DNA of 64,000 nucleotides from contig JAFCCU010000002.1 of the NCBI GenBank assembly GCA_017610005.1, positions 18,118 through 82,117 on the forward strand, in the 5' to 3' direction. The DNA comes from Candidatus Woesearchaeota archaeon. GTDB taxonomy: Archaea > Nanobdellota > Nanobdellia > Woesearchaeales > B29-G15. Shown piece after piece: positions 8,619 to 20,800 of the stretch. The notes under the pieces were generated by a model. That model saw nothing but the letters and a program-made list of their open reading frames with translations, did no database searches and was not told the origin of the DNA. The position numbers were made by a program, and so were the translations under genes. Numbering within the stretch: position 1 is the first letter of the stretch; every line of letters starts with the position of its first letter.

Positions 8619-10098
8619 TCACGGTAGAGTATTATTAAAAAAGTATTTTGAAGAACGCTCTTTAGTTCAGTCAGACATTGATTCTTTCAACAACTTTATT
8701 GATTTTGAGTTACAAAAAATCATTGATGAAAATAAGGAGATCGTTCCAACAATTATTCCTCAGAATATTGAGGAGTTTAAAATCAAACTTGAAAAAATTA
8801 AGGTAGGCAAACCAGAGATCACCGAAGCTGACGGCAGTAAAAGGCCCATTATGCCAATTGAAGCAAGAATTAGAAAGATTAGTTATGCTGCTCCAATTTT
8901 TTTAACAGTTTCTTCTTATATTAATGGCACTCAAAGGGAATCCTTTGAAACCCAGATTGGAAAGATTCCAATTATGCTTCGTTCTAAATACTGCAATATG
9001 CATGGCTTAAAACGTGAGCAGGTTATTGAAATGGGTGAAGACCCAGATGATCCGGGAGGCTATTTTGTCATAAATGGTTCAGAAAAAGTCTTAGTAAAAG
9101 TTGAAGATTTGGCAGCAAACCATTTTATGGTTGAAAGGACTCCAACAAGCCCATCTCCATTTACAGGTAGATTATTTTCAGAACACGGATCTTATAAGAT
9201 TCTTCACAACTTTGAACGCTTAAAAGATGGAATATTCTATGTTTCATTCGTAAGATTGCAAAGAGTGCCAATAATTGTAGTTTTAAAGGCACTTGGAATG
9301 CTTAAGGATGAAGAGATTATGAAGACAGTAACATCTGAAAAAGTGCTTGATGAAGTTTACATTAATCTTTATGAGTTCTCAGATATTAAAAACAGTGAAG
9401 ATGCAATGGATTATCTTGCAAAAAAGGCAGGTATTACTCAGAGCAGGCAAATCAGACTTGAAAGAATTCAGGACATGCTTGATAGATATTTATTACCTAA
9501 CATTGGTACTGATGAAAAGTCAAGAAAATTAAAAGCCTATAACCTTTGTAAAATGATTAAGAAGTTTATCTATATTGAACGGGGTATTGTTCCTACAGAT
9601 GATAAAGATCATTACAAAAACAAAAGGATCAAACAATCAGGAGATCTTTTGGCAGACTTATTTAGGGTAAACTTGAAAGTTTTAATTAGCGACTTACTTT
9701 ACAATTTCCAAAGAATTGTAAAGCGAGGTAAGTTCCCTTCAGTTAAGGTTATTATTAGAGAAAAATTACTTACTTCAAGAATTCAAAGTGCGATGGCGAC
9801 TGGTTCTTGGGTTGGTGGAAGAAAGGGTATCTCTCAGAGAATTCAAAGAAGAAATTATCTAGATTTGCTTTCACACTTGCAAAGAGTTGTGAGTCCACTT
9901 TCAGCAACACAAGAAAATTTCAAAGCAAGAGCACTTCACCCAACACATTTAGGAAGACTTTGTCCAATTGAAACTCCAGAAGGAACAAATATTGGATTAA
10001 AGAAAAACTTGTCAATTCTTTCAGACATTACAAACAATGAACCTGAAAAAGACTTATTAAAAAAACTCAAGGAAATGGGCTTGAGTATGGTGGGATAA
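8611..10098 (+). CDS. rpoB2: DNA-directed RNA polymerase subunit B'' (N-terminal half of split RpoB)
   Basis: 495 aa; immediately followed by B'. Split B''-then-B' order is typical of archaea. Confidence 0.9.
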   Translation: MSNHGRVLLKKYFEERSLVQSDIDSFNNFIDFELQKIIDENKEIVPTIIPQNIEEFKIKLEKIKVGKPEITEADGSKRPIMPIEARIRKISYAAPIFLTVSSYINGTQRESFETQIGKIPIMLRSKYCNMHGLKREQVIEMGEDPDDPGGYFVINGSEKVLVKVEDLAANHFMVERTPTSPSPFTGRLFSEHGSYKILHNFERLKDGIFYVSFVRLQRVPIIVVLKALGMLKDEEIMKTVTSEKVLDEVYINLYEFSDIKNSEDAMDYLAKKAGITQSRQIRLERIQDMLDRYLLPNIGTDEKSRKLKAYNLCKMIKKFIYIERGIVPTDDKDHYKNKRIKQSGDLLADLFRVNLKVLISDLLYNFQRIVKRGKFPSVKVIIREKLLTSRIQSAMATGSWVGGRKGISQRIQRRNYLDLLSHLQRVVSPLSATQENFKARALHPTHLGRLCPIETPEGTNIGLKKNLSILSDITNNEPEKDLLKKLKEMGLSMVG

Positions 10099-10099
10099 A

Positions 10100-11902
10100 A
10101 TGGCAGACGTACAACTCAACGGAAGATTCGTAGGAACTGTTGCAGACGCAAAAAAGTTCGTTGAATCAATTGTTACAGAAAGAAGAGCAGGAGGAGTTTC
10201 AAAAAATGTTAGTGTTCATTATTCTCCTGAAATTGATGAAGTTCATATTGAAAACCTAGGTGGTAGGCTAAGGCGACCTTTGGCAGTGGTAAATGATGGA
10301 AAAATCTTGCTAAGCGATAAAGAGATTGTAGGGTTAGAAAAGGGATCATTAAGTTTTACTGACTTGGTTTCTCAAGGGATCATTGAATACATTGACTCTG
10401 CAGAAGAAGAAAACTCATTAGTTGGATTCTTTGATACTGAAATCACACCAGATTCAACTCATGTTACAATGCATCCGATTGATATGTTTGGGTTGACTAC
10501 AGCACTAGTTCCTTATTCAAATTTTTCAACTACCCAGAAAGTTAATACTGGTTCAAAAAACCAAAAGCAGGCACTTGGATTTTATGCTGCAAATTTTCTA
10601 ATAAGAATTGATATGGATGTAAATCTTCTTCATACTCCACAAAGACCAATTGTAAAATCAATTATGCATGATCTACTAGATTATGATTCCCACCCATCTG
10701 GGCAAAATCTTGTAGTTGCAGTTATGTCTTACAAGGGGTACAATATGGAGGATGCAATTGTTATTAACGGCGGTTCAATTGAAAGAGGCATGGGTCGTTC
10801 TTCATATTATAGACCATCTGTTGCAGAAGAACTTCGATATTCCGGAGGCCTTTTAGATGAAATCTCAATTCCTGATAAAGAAGTTAGGGGCTATAAGAGT
10901 GAAGAAGATTATAGAATGCTAGAAGAAGATGGAATTATTTATCCTGAAGCAGTTGTAAGAGAAGGGGAGGTTGTTATTGGTAAGACTTCTCCTCCAAGAT
11001 TTTTAAGTAATTTAGGAGACTACCAACTTGCAACTACTACAAGACGTGAATCTAGTGAATACTTAAAACACGGAGAAAAAGGTAAGATTGATCTTGTGGT
11101 TTTAACTGAAAATGAAGAAGGAAATAGATTAGTTGAAGTTAAAATGCGTGATGAACGTGTTCCTGAAGTTGGGGATAAGTTTACCTCAAGACATGGACAA
11201 AAGGGAGTTATTGGTTTGATTGTACCTCATGAAGACATGCCATTTACTGCAAATGGTGTTGTTCCAGATTTAATTTTCTCACCAATGGGTATTCCTTCAA
11301 GAATGACAGTTTCACATTTAATAGAACTTCTTGCTGCAAAAACTGGTGCAATGGGCGGTAGATATGTTGATGGTACTGTTTTTGATGCTGAGCCTCAAGC
11401 AGATTTAAGAAAAGAACTTGAATCTTTGGGTTTTAGAGAAAATGGAACTGAAACTATGTACGATGGAATAACCGGAAGACAGTTTCAAGTTAAAATTTAC
11501 ATTGGAGATATGTATTATCTAAAATTAAAACACATGGTTGCGAATAAAATCCACGCAAGAGCACGTGGGCCAATCCAACTACTAACTAGACAACCAACTG
11601 AAGGTAGAGCAAAAGGCGGTGGTCTAAGATTAGGAGAAATGGAGAAAGATACTTTCATTGCTCATGGAGCATCTCTCTTATTAAAGGAGAGATTTAATTC
11701 AGATTCGGCAATGGTTCCTATCTGTGAAGAATGTGGCCTTGTGGCAATTCACGATTCTTACAAAAATAGAAAGTTCTGCCCAGTATGCGGAGAGGACGGC
11801 AAGATCGAGTTTGTGGAGATGGCGTATGCATTTAAGTTGCTGCTTGACGAACTTAAGAGTTTGTGCATTTATCCAAAATTAGTTTTGGGGGACAGGTATT
11901 AA
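10100..11902 (+). CDS. rpoB1: DNA-directed RNA polymerase subunit B' (C-terminal half of split RpoB)
   Basis: 600 aa. Conserved RpoB C-terminal motifs (SRHGQKGV, GGLRLGEME) and a C-terminal Zn ribbon CEECG...CPVCG. Confidence 0.95.
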   Translation: MADVQLNGRFVGTVADAKKFVESIVTERRAGGVSKNVSVHYSPEIDEVHIENLGGRLRRPLAVVNDGKILLSDKEIVGLEKGSLSFTDLVSQGIIEYIDSAEEENSLVGFFDTEITPDSTHVTMHPIDMFGLTTALVPYSNFSTTQKVNTGSKNQKQALGFYAANFLIRIDMDVNLLHTPQRPIVKSIMHDLLDYDSHPSGQNLVVAVMSYKGYNMEDAIVINGGSIERGMGRSSYYRPSVAEELRYSGGLLDEISIPDKEVRGYKSEEDYRMLEEDGIIYPEAVVREGEVVIGKTSPPRFLSNLGDYQLATTTRRESSEYLKHGEKGKIDLVVLTENEEGNRLVEVKMRDERVPEVGDKFTSRHGQKGVIGLIVPHEDMPFTANGVVPDLIFSPMGIPSRMTVSHLIELLAAKTGAMGGRYVDGTVFDAEPQADLRKELESLGFRENGTETMYDGITGRQFQVKIYIGDMYYLKLKHMVANKIHARARGPIQLLTRQPTEGRAKGGGLRLGEMEKDTFIAHGASLLLKERFNSDSAMVPICEECGLVAIHDSYKNRKFCPVCGEDGKIEFVEMAYAFKLLLDELKSLCIYPKLVLGDRY

Positions 11903-11903
11903 A

Positions 11904-14498
11904 ATGATAGCATCACCAGTATTCAAAAAAATCGACAAGATTGTCTTTAACGCATTATCACCTCAGATGATTAAGAAAATGTCATCAGCAAAGGTTGTTA
12001 CACCAGAACTGTATGATAAAGAAGGTTATCCTGTTGATGGTGGACTAATGGATGTAAGGCTTGGTGTTATTGATCCAGGGTTAAGATGCGCCACATGTGG
12101 TTCAAGACTAAAAGAGTGTCCAGGGCACTTTGGGCATATTTCTTTAGCAAGACCTGTTATTCATGTTAAATATATTAGAACAATTCTAAGTTTTTTAAGA
12201 GGAACTTGCCAGGAATGTTCTCATGCATTAATGGATGAAAAGAAAGCCAAGAGATATATCAAAGAATTAGCAGATTTAAGACAAATCAAACCTGATATCT
12301 ATTGGGATAAAGTTAGAAAGGTTATGGCAGAGATGACAAAACAAACTAAATGCCCTCACTGTAATGCTAAGCAAAACCATGTTGTTTTGGAAAAACCAAC
12401 TACTTTTGTTGAAAAAGAAACTCAATTAAGAATTAGTCCAATTGAAATTAGGAGCAGATTTGAAAAAATCCCTGATGAAGATTGTGAACTATTCGGATTA
12501 AATGCTGAATCATTAAGACCTGAATGGATGGTATTAACAATTCTTGCAATCCCCCCAGTCACAGCTAGACCCAGTATCACATTAGAGTCTGGTGAAAGGA
12601 GCGAAGATGATCTAACCCATAAATTGGGAGATATTGTTAGAATCAACCAAAGGTTATTTGAAAATATCAATGCTGGTGCCCCTGAAATTATTATTGAAGA
12701 TTTATGGGACTTATTACAATACCATGTTACAACTTTCTTTGATAACAATATTTCTCAAGTGCCCCCTGCAAGACATAGATCTGGCCAACCTCTAAAAACT
12801 CTTTCTGAGAGAATTAAGAGTAAGGAAGGGCGTGTTAGAAGGAATTTGGCAGGTAAAAGAACTAATTATTCTGGTCGTACTGTGATTTCACCAGATCCAA
12901 TGCTAGAACTATTTGAAGTTGGAGTTCCAATGGATATGGGAACAGTATTAACAGTTCCTGAAATTGTTACTGAATGGAATTTAGAATATCTAAAGAAATT
13001 TATTGAACGTGGACCAAAAGAGTACCCTGGTGCAAATTATGTTATAAGGCCTGACGGTAAAAAGAAGAAGATTACTGAAGAGACAAAAGAAACTGCAATG
13101 GAAGAACTTGAGCCAGGTTATATTGTTGAAAGACATATTATGGACGGAGATGTTGCATTATTTAACAGACAACCATCACTTCACAGAATGAGTATGATGG
13201 CTCACAGAATTAAGATGCTTAAGTATAAAACCTTAAGATTAAATCCAGCAGTTTGTCACCCATACAATGCAGATTTTGATGGGGATGAAATGAACTTGCA
13301 TATTCCACAAACTGAAGAAGCAAGAGCAGAAGCTGAATTATTACTTTCTGTAAAGAATCATTTAATCTCGCCAAGATATGGGTTGAGTATTATTGGTTGT
13401 GTGCAAGACGCTCTTGCAGGCAACTATCTTTTGACAAGAAGTGATATGAAAATGCCATTTAACGAGGCAGTTTCTCTTCTAAATAACTCAAATGTTACTG
13501 ATTTTTCAGGGCTTCCAAATAAGGATACTGTAACTGGTAAAGAAGTTTTTAGTGCACTGTTACCACCTGACTTTTCATTTACTGGGGAATCGAAAGCAAT
13601 CGATCTTGGTGAAACCGGTAAAGAAGTATTAATCAGAAAAGGTAAGTTGACTAAGGGAGTTATGGATTCAAATAACTTAGGTCAAGGCGCTGGAATGATG
13701 TTAAGAAAGCTTCACGAGATGTATGGCCCAAATACAACTATTATAATCTTGGGAAATATTTTCAAGCTTGGAATTCAAATGCTTATGAAAAGAGGATTTA
13801 CAATCGCATTGTCTGATATGGATCTTCCAAAAAAAGTAAGGGATGGAATTAATGCAGCACTTGATGGTGCCGAAGAAGATGTTGATAATTTAATTAATAG
13901 CTTTCATGCTGGAGAATTAAAAGCATTACCTGGCCGAAGCAGAAATGAAACTCTTGAATTAAAAATTATGGAGAGACTAAATGCTGCACGAGATGAGACA
14001 GGTAATATTGTTGCGGAAAATGCAGATCCTAAATCGCATACAATGATTATGGCAATTTCTGGAGCAAGAGGTAAACTTCTAAATCTTGCCCAGATTGCAG
14101 GCTCAGTTGGCCAACAGGCACTTCGTGGTCAAAGGATTAGTGGTGGATTTAAAGGAAGAACATTATCTTGCTTTAAAGAAGGCTCATTAACTCCTGCATC
14201 TAGGGGATTTATTAAAAGTTCATTTTCAGGTGGTATGAGGCCAGATGAATTTTTCTTCCAGGCAATAACTGGTAGGGATTCATTGATGGATACTGCTCTA
14301 AGAACTCCAAAATCTGGTTATCTTTACAGGAGACTCTCAAATGCAATGCAGGATCTAAAAGTTGAATATGATAATACTGTAAGGGATGTTTCAAAAAAGA
14401 TTATCCAATTTAGGTATGGAGAAGATTCAATAGATGTAAGTAAATCCGAGGGTGGAAAGCTAGATATTGCTCCAATCCTTGAAGAGGTGCAAAGATGA
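11904..14498 (+). CDS. rpoA1: DNA-directed RNA polymerase subunit A'
   Basis: 864 aa. Zn-binding CATCGS...CPGHFGHI, the [10 protein letters not shown] catalytic aspartate triad, and the clamp/trigger region. Confidence 0.95.
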   Translation: MIASPVFKKIDKIVFNALSPQMIKKMSSAKVVTPELYDKEGYPVDGGLMDVRLGVIDPGLRCATCGSRLKECPGHFGHISLARPVIHVKYIRTILSFLRGTCQECSHALMDEKKAKRYIKELADLRQIKPDIYWDKVRKVMAEMTKQTKCPHCNAKQNHVVLEKPTTFVEKETQLRISPIEIRSRFEKIPDEDCELFGLNAESLRPEWMVLTILAIPPVTARPSITLESGERSEDDLTHKLGDIVRINQRLFENINAGAPEIIIEDLWDLLQYHVTTFFDNNISQVPPARHRSGQPLKTLSERIKSKEGRVRRNLAGKRTNYSGRTVISPDPMLELFEVGVPMDMGTVLTVPEIVTEWNLEYLKKFIERGPKEYPGANYVIRPDGKKKKITEETKETAMEELEPGYIVERHIMDGDVALFNRQPSLHRMSMMAHRIKMLKYKTLRLNPAVCHPYNADFDGDEMNLHIPQTEEARAEAELLLSVKNHLISPRYGLSIIGCVQDALAGNYLLTRSDMKMPFNEAVSLLNNSNVTDFSGLPNKDTVTGKEVFSALLPPDFSFTGESKAIDLGETGKEVLIRKGKLTKGVMDSNNLGQGAGMMLRKLHEMYGPNTTIIILGNIFKLGIQMLMKRGFTIALSDMDLPKKVRDGINAALDGAEEDVDNLINSFHAGELKALPGRSRNETLELKIMERLNAARDETGNIVAENADPKSHTMIMAISGARGKLLNLAQIAGSVGQQALRGQRISGGFKGRTLSCFKEGSLTPASRGFIKSSFSGGMRPDEFFFQAITGRDSLMDTALRTPKSGYLYRRLSNAMQDLKVEYDNTVRDVSKKIIQFRYGEDSIDVSKSEGGKLDIAPILEEVQR

Positions 14499-15601
14499 AA
14501 CTCCCTCCAAAAATTAAAGATGATATTAAAGACGCAACAGCAAATTTAAATGTTGCCCAAAAGAAAATAGTCCAGGACATGGTTGAAAAGAAATATGCAC
14601 GTATGAGGGTTCAAGCTGGTGAATGTGTTGGTATTCTATCAGCTGAATCAATTGGCGAACCAGGCACCCAGATGACATTAAATACATTCCACTTTGCAGG
14701 AGTTGCTGAGATGAATGTTACTGTTGGACTTCCTAGATTAATTGAGATTTTAGATGGAAGAAAATCAATTTCCACCCCAAATATGGAAGTTTATTTGCAA
14801 CCCCCTTATAACAAGGGAAAAGATATTAAGAAAATTGCAAACGAAATTAAAGAGATTAAAATGAGTGAATTAATCTCAGAAATTTCATTAAATATTGCAG
14901 ATTCTTCTCTTGAACTTTCTTTAGATAAGGCAATTTTAGAAGATTTAGAATTAGACTCAAAAACTGTTAAAACTCTTCTTACAAAGAAATTAAAAGCAGG
15001 TTTTAAGGCTGAACTTGCTGAAGAATTTTTAATAATTGTAAGATTAAGTGAAAAAACAAAAGATTTAAAGGAACTTTATAGGCTTAAAGAGACTATTAAA
15101 GGAGTATATGTTAAGGGTGTAAAGGGTGTTACTCAAGTTTTGCCAATTAAGAAAGGTGATGAATTTATAATCATCACTGCAGGAAGTAACTTTAAGGCAA
15201 TTTTAAAGCTTGATTATGTTGATCCAATAAGAACTGTTACAAATGATATTTTCCAAATCGAAGAGGTTTTAGGAATAGAAGCAGCAAGATCTGCTATTAT
15301 CAATGAAGCTTATAAAGTCATTCAAGAACAAGGATTAAATGTTGATATTAGACATTTAATGCTTGTTGCAGACACAATGTGTGTGAATGGCAAAGTAAAA
15401 GGAATTACAAGGTATGGTATTATCAGAGAAAAAACAAGTGTGCTTGCAAGAGCATCTTTTGAAACTCCACTTAGGCATATTTTCAATGCTGCAAAGATTG
15501 GAGAAGAAGATGTTCTAAATTCAGTTGTTGAAAACGTCATGATAAACCAACCTGTACCAATTGGTACTGGACTTCCTGGGCTTGTTACAAAGGTGAAATG
15601 A
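14495..15601 (+). CDS. rpoA2: DNA-directed RNA polymerase subunit A''
   Basis: 368 aa. ATGA overlap with rpoA'. Trigger-loop-containing A'' region ([20 protein letters not shown]). Confidence 0.95.
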   Translation: MKLPPKIKDDIKDATANLNVAQKKIVQDMVEKKYARMRVQAGECVGILSAESIGEPGTQMTLNTFHFAGVAEMNVTVGLPRLIEILDGRKSISTPNMEVYLQPPYNKGKDIKKIANEIKEIKMSELISEISLNIADSSLELSLDKAILEDLELDSKTVKTLLTKKLKAGFKAELAEEFLIIVRLSEKTKDLKELYRLKETIKGVYVKGVKGVTQVLPIKKGDEFIIITAGSNFKAILKLDYVDPIRTVTNDIFQIEEVLGIEAARSAIINEAYKVIQEQGLNVDIRHLMLVADTMCVNGKVKGITRYGIIREKTSVLARASFETPLRHIFNAAKIGEEDVLNSVVENVMINQPVPIGTGLPGLVTKVK

Positions 15602-15602
15602 T

Positions 15603-15866
15603 ATGACATTAAATGATGAGATTAAAACTGGACTTGATAAGGGAACTATTGTCTTAGGTGAAAACGCAGTTATTAGAAGAATTAGGCAAAGTAAAATATC
15701 AAAGGTAGTATTGGCCTCAAATTGCTCACTTAAAGTTAAAGAAGAAGTAGTTTTTTTATGTGACACCTCAAGCATTGCATGTGAAAACATTAACTTGACA
15801 AATATTGACTTGGGAGCAATGTGTAAAAGAAGCCATTCAGTTTCAGTATTAGGGTTTACCAAGTGA
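15603..15866 (+). CDS. rpl30e: Ribosomal protein L30e
   Basis: 87 aa L7Ae/L30e-fold protein at the canonical position after rpoA'' in the archaeal RNAP operon. Confidence 0.8.
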   Translation: MTLNDEIKTGLDKGTIVLGENAVIRRIRQSKISKVVLASNCSLKVKEEVVFLCDTSSIACENINLTNIDLGAMCKRSHSVSVLGFTK

Positions 15867-16285
15867 AAAACATTAAGTTTGATAAAGATACAATAGGATT
15901 CATTTCACTATTTGAAAAACTCACCCATGCAAAAATAAAGGATTGTTTTACTGATCAAAATGAAATTTTGGTTTTTGTTGTTGAAGATGGAGATATTGCA
16001 AAAGCACTTGGTAAACAAGGGCGGACTGCAAAGATGGTTACAATAAAATTCAAGCGTAAAATCAAGATAGCTGAGTATTCAGCTGATTTGATTAAGTTTA
16101 TAAAGAACCTCATTCTCCCTTACAAAGTTGATGATATAACCCAAGTGGGTGGAATTGTCACTTTAAAGAGCGAGGACGTGCAAGTTAAAGGTTTGCTTAT
16201 TGGTAAAAACGGGAAAAATCTACGCAATTACGAGTCAATTGCAAAAAGGTATTTTTCTGATTTAGAAGAAATCAAGGTCATATAA
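15863..16285 (+). CDS. nusA: Archaeal NusA homolog (two KH domains)
   Basis: 140 aa with [10 protein letters not shown] and [18 protein letters not shown] motifs. Operon position between L30e and S12. Confidence 0.85.
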   Translation: MKNIKFDKDTIGFISLFEKLTHAKIKDCFTDQNEILVFVVEDGDIAKALGKQGRTAKMVTIKFKRKIKIAEYSADLIKFIKNLILPYKVDDITQVGGIVTLKSEDVQVKGLLIGKNGKNLRNYESIAKRYFSDLEEIKVI

Positions 16286-16286
16286 A

Positions 16287-16724
16287 ATGGGAAGAAAAAC
16301 AAGTGGCTTAAATGCTGCAAAAAAATTAGTAAAAAGAAGAACAAAGGGCAGATGGATGGATATTAAGTATAAGAAAAAAACCCTTCATTTAAAAGAAAAG
16401 TCAGATCCTTTGAGAGGATCATCTCAGGCAAAAGGGATTGTTCTTGAAAAAGTACAGCTAGAAGCAAAGCAACCAAATTCTGCAATGAGAAAATGCGTCC
16501 GTGTTCAGTTAATCAAGAACGCAAAGCAAGTAACTGCATTTGCACCAGGTGATGGAGCAATTAAGTTTATTGATGAACACGATGATGTAGTCATTGAATG
16601 TATTGGCGGTAATAAGGGCGGATCCAAGGGAGATATCCCTGGAGTTAGATGGCAAGTTATCAAAGTTAACGGCCAGTCACTCGTTGGCTTAATTAGCGGC
16701 AAGATTGAAAAAGCAAGAAGGTAA
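16287..16724 (+). CDS. rps12: Ribosomal protein uS12 (S12/S23e)
   Basis: 145 aa with the conserved [13 protein letters not shown] and GGxxxDIPGVRW motifs. Confidence 0.95.
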   Translation: MGRKTSGLNAAKKLVKRRTKGRWMDIKYKKKTLHLKEKSDPLRGSSQAKGIVLEKVQLEAKQPNSAMRKCVRVQLIKNAKQVTAFAPGDGAIKFIDEHDDVVIECIGGNKGGSKGDIPGVRWQVIKVNGQSLVGLISGKIEKARR

Positions 16725-16726
16725 GG

Positions 16727-16785
16727 CAGTCAGAAGTCAGAAGTCTGAAGTCAGAAGTCAGAAGTCTGAAGTCTGAAGTCTTCGG
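16727..16785. repeat. Tandem octamer repeat (GTCAGAAG / GTCTGAAG x ~7) immediately 3' of rps12
   Basis: ggcagtcagaagtcagaagtctgaagtcagaagtcagaagtctgaagtctgaagtcttcgg. A related unit (cttcagac) sits at 16848-16860, directly after the stop of the convergent lipid-kinase gene. Confidence 0.85.
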
Positions 16786-16858
16786 TGTATATATTTATTG
16801 TAGATTTTAAATTGTTATTGGTTTTAATAGAAAATACTTTTTACTGTAAACTTCAGAC

Positions 16859-17830
16859 TCAAAATTGTTTCACAATTTTGTACGCTTTTGGGATAACTCT
16901 TACAGAATATTGAGTTTCTTGAAGTTGCCCAGATATTACATTTCCATCTGATTCAATGAAATGTCCTTCCCTCAGCTTAAACTCGATATGCTCTCCCTTG
17001 TATAATTTTGCATGTCTTGGTTCATGTTGATTAAGGCAGGTTAAGGGTGAATTTAGAATCTGACCTTTGTTCATTGCATCATAAACAACTATTCTTGCGA
17101 GTCCGTCATCAAGGGGCCCAGGAGGCGCTACCCAAATGCCTGCTCCAGGCGTGAAACCTTTTGCAATAATTAAATCAAATGCCGGTTTATTTCTTTCAAC
17201 AATCTTACCATCAACTTTCAACCATTCAATATAAATTGGTTTGTGGGGAATTAAATTCAGCAAGCCTGCTCCTACATGGGCTGGAATTCCCCTAGATTGT
17301 TTCCTTTCTTTTAATTTTTCAACCCTCTTAATATGTTCAGCAGTCCAGCCAAACCCAAGAAAGTTAAGTGAGTAAGCATCAATCCCTCCAGTTATTTCTA
17401 AAATATCTACTTCTTTTGATTTTCCTTCAACTCCTAAAAGAAATAAATCTTCAAGCGCGTTTGGCAAACCGAGAGCGAAAGCATACCCATTTCCTGTTCC
17501 TGCAGGAATCCATACAATTTCAGGCATATTTTCAAGATGATGGTGCCTTAAGTATGTAACAAAATCAAGCACAGTTCCATCCCCTCCAATCCCCCAAAGC
17601 CTTTCATGGATCCCTGGGTCAAAAAAAGGCATTTGAAACACACCATTAAGAAGCACGGTCTGAGAAATATCTGGGGTAAAGTCATGCCCCGCAGCATTGT
17701 AAACTTCAACATATTGTTCTATATCAAAAGAAATGGGTTGCTCCCGACTAAAAAAACTCCTCCTGCGCCTAACTCCTTCAGCTGCAGGATTAGTAAGTAT
17801 TAGGGCACCATTCACAAAAATGAGAAGCAA
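16859..17830 (-). CDS. DAGK-catalytic-domain family lipid kinase (YegS/BmrU-like)
   Basis: GIGGDGTVLDFV (GGDGT) and WIPAGTGNGYAF (P.GTGNDFAR-like) motifs. TTG start 16 nt downstream of the ileS stop. Confidence 0.7.
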   Translation of the reverse strand: MLLIFVNGALILTNPAAEGVRRRRSFFSREQPISFDIEQYVEVYNAAGHDFTPDISQTVLLNGVFQMPFFDPGIHERLWGIGGDGTVLDFVTYLRHHHLENMPEIVWIPAGTGNGYAFALGLPNALEDLFLLGVEGKSKEVDILEITGGIDAYSLNFLGFGWTAEHIKRVEKLKERKQSRGIPAHVGAGLLNLIPHKPIYIEWLKVDGKIVERNKPAFDLIIAKGFTPGAGIWVAPPGPLDDGLARIVVYDAMNKGQILNSPLTCLNQHEPRHAKLYKGEHIEFKLREGHFIESDGNVISGQLQETQYSVRVIPKAYKIVKQF

Positions 17831-17846
17831 TCATCGCTAAAAAGGG

Positions 17847-20800
17847 TTACGGTTTAAGAGAAATCACAAACTTCTTCCCAATAATCTCAAAACTTCCCTT
17901 ATGCTTAAACTTATTCTCCCCAAAAGAGAGCTTGCTAACACCACATTTTAGTTTTATCTGAGATGAAAAATTCTTAAACATTTTATCACTGACATCTAAT
18001 TCAACTTTATCTTCTTTTTTTAGCCCTGCCTTCTTTCTTAAGTCCTGTACTCTCCTCATAAGCTCTCTTGCTAAACCTTCTTTTTCAAGTTCTTTTGTTA
18101 GTTCAGTATTTAGATATACACGACCGTAGTGGCATTCTCCCATTTGGTAATCCCCTGGCAGGTGTTCTTCAATTACTAAATCATCTCCGTCTAGCTCATA
18201 TTTACCAAGTTTAAATTTTCCTGCTGTAGCTTTTCCTACAAGCTTAGCTGGATTCTCTTTTGCTATAAGTTTTTCAACGTCTCTAACCTCTGCACCATAT
18301 TTTTTACCAAGGGTTTTAAAGTTAGCTTTTACAGCATAATTCACTTTAAAGGTTTGTTTTGTAACAATACTTTTTACATTAGTATGCTTCTCCATCAATG
18401 AAATAAGTGGTTTGATTTTACTTGTAAATTCTTTTTTATTTGGAATGATTGTAGCTTCAATTACTGGCCACCTTATTCCTCTATTTGCTTTTTCTCTGGC
18501 AGCTAAAATTGCCCCAATAAATCCAGTTGCAAGGCCCATTGACTCTTCAAGTTTTTTGTCAATTACTCTTTCATCAGCTTTAGGCCATTTGCAAAGATGA
18601 ACTGATTCTTCTTTTAGATTTAATGGCTTGCGTAAATTTTGCCACATTGCTTCAGAAGCAAATGGGGTAATTGGTGCGAGTAATTTTAAAGAACCAACTA
18701 AAACTTTTCCAATTGTTTCTGCAACAAGCCCAGGATCAACAATTAATTTTTCTCTTGTAAATTGAATATAACTTCTAGACAATTCTAAGAAAAGCTCTTC
18801 AACCTTGCCAGGAATTTTATCAATCTTGTAATTATTAAATAATTCAGTTACTTCTTTGATTGTGGAATTTAATTTTGATAATATATATCTCTCAACTAAA
18901 TCTTCTTTGCCTTTTTTCTTGAAGTTAACATATCCAAGCAAGTAATTATGAACATTCCACAAAACCCCTAAACTTCTATACTTTGTTTTAACATCGTCTG
19001 CATTGTAATTTAAATCAAGCCCTGCATTTGCTCCACCAATACTATAAAAGCGAAAGGCATCTGCCCCAAAGTCTTTTATTACTTCTTGAGGTGAGATTAT
19101 ATTTCCTAAGGATTTTGACATCTTCCTTCCTTTAGAATCCTGGATAAAGCCGTGCATATAACAAGCCTTAAACGAAGGCTTTTTCATTGCAACCATTGAA
19201 CTAACGAGAAGCAGGTTAAACCACCCCCTAATTTGATCTTTACCTTCTAAAATAAAATCAGCAGGGAAAAGTTTTTCAAAATTTTTCTTTGTTGCAGGAA
19301 AGTCTAGGCAATTCCAAGATGAAGTGCCTGCATCAATCCAAACATCTAAAATATCAGGAGACCGAATCATAGTGCCCCCACATTTACATTTCCATGTGCA
19401 TTTGTCAATGTAAGGTTTATGTAAATCCTTTGGAACAAAACCCGCTTTCTTTTCTAGCTCCTTAACTGTACCAATTACATCATAGGCATTGCATTTTTCA
19501 CATTGCCAAATTGGCAACGGAGTTCCCCAGTACCTTTGTCTTGTAATTGAATTATCACGAAGTTGGGTTAACCAAGAATCAAACCAGTTTTGACCAGCCC
19601 AGGCAGGCTCCCATTTAATCTTTTCATTTTCTTTTTTTAAATCTTCAATTAAATCTTCAACCTTGAAAAACCATTGTTTGGTTGTTCTAAATATAACTGG
19701 ATCTTTGCAACGCCAGCAATGGGCATAATCGTGTTCAACTTTGGTTGTTGCAATTAACGCCCCTCTTGATTCTAAATCTTCAATAAATTTCCCATCATCC
19801 TTTTTGGCAGTAAGCCCAGAAAATTTCCCCATTGATTCAGGAAAAACTCCATCCTCCTGCAGGGAATTAAATGGAGGAATACCTTCTTTATGACCTACTT
19901 CATAATCCTCTGGCCCACAGCCAGGTGCCATATGGACAAGCCCTGTTCCAGCAGATAAATCCACGTAGTCTCTACTTAAAACTACTGTGTGGACTTTTTT
20001 ATTTTTTATTTTTTTAAAAAAATCAATTTCGTCAGTTTGTGGATGGACATATTTTAAACCCTCAAGCTCTTCACCTTTAAATTCTTCTATTACCTTGTAA
20101 GGTTTCCCTACAACTGCGTTTAGGAATGGTGCACAAAGTCCAGCCGACACAATCCAGATTTCTCCTTCAACTTCTATTCTTACATAATCTAGCTCGGGAT
20201 GAACCATGACCCCCATATTAAATGGAATTGTCCAAGGAGTAGTTGTCCAGATTACTAAATACTCTCCAGGTTTATCTTTAATTTGTAATTTTACAAAGAT
20301 TGAATCCTCTTTGACATTATGATATTCAAGCTCATGTTTTGCAAGCGCAGTTGAACATGATTTACACCAATGCATTGTTTTCTCGGCTTGGTAAAGCCTT
20401 TTATTTTTTTCTGCTTGTTTTATCAGCCACCATTCACCTTCAATGTATTCTTTTGTTATTGGCATATAAGCGTTATCAAAGTCCATCCAAACTCCAAGAC
20501 TTTGAAATTCTTCATTCATAAAACCCATATTTTCCAGGGCAAATCTCTTACATTCAATTATAAACTTGGCAATCCCATACTTTTCAATATCTTCTTTTGT
20601 TTCTAAATTTAATTTTGCTTGCACTTTTCTTGCAGTAGGGAGCCCATGCATATCATAGCCAGCTCGATCCCATACATCTCGCCCAGCCATCCTAAAATAT
20701 CTGAGAACAGTATCTTTTAGTGATTTATTCCAGGCAGTACCAATGTGAACATGTCCTGAAGTATAAGGCGGGCCATCTAGAAAATAGAAAGACTTTTTCC

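Noticed and set aside
8611-16724. Numerous 60-110 aa antisense or alternative-frame ORFs inside the rpo and ribosomal-protein genes
   Set aside because: They are embedded in strongly supported conserved CDSs, which is typical AT-rich open-frame noise.
16727-16785. CRISPR array
   Set aside because: The octamer tandem repeats have 8-nt units with no spacers. No repeat-spacer architecture or cas genes occur anywhere in the window.
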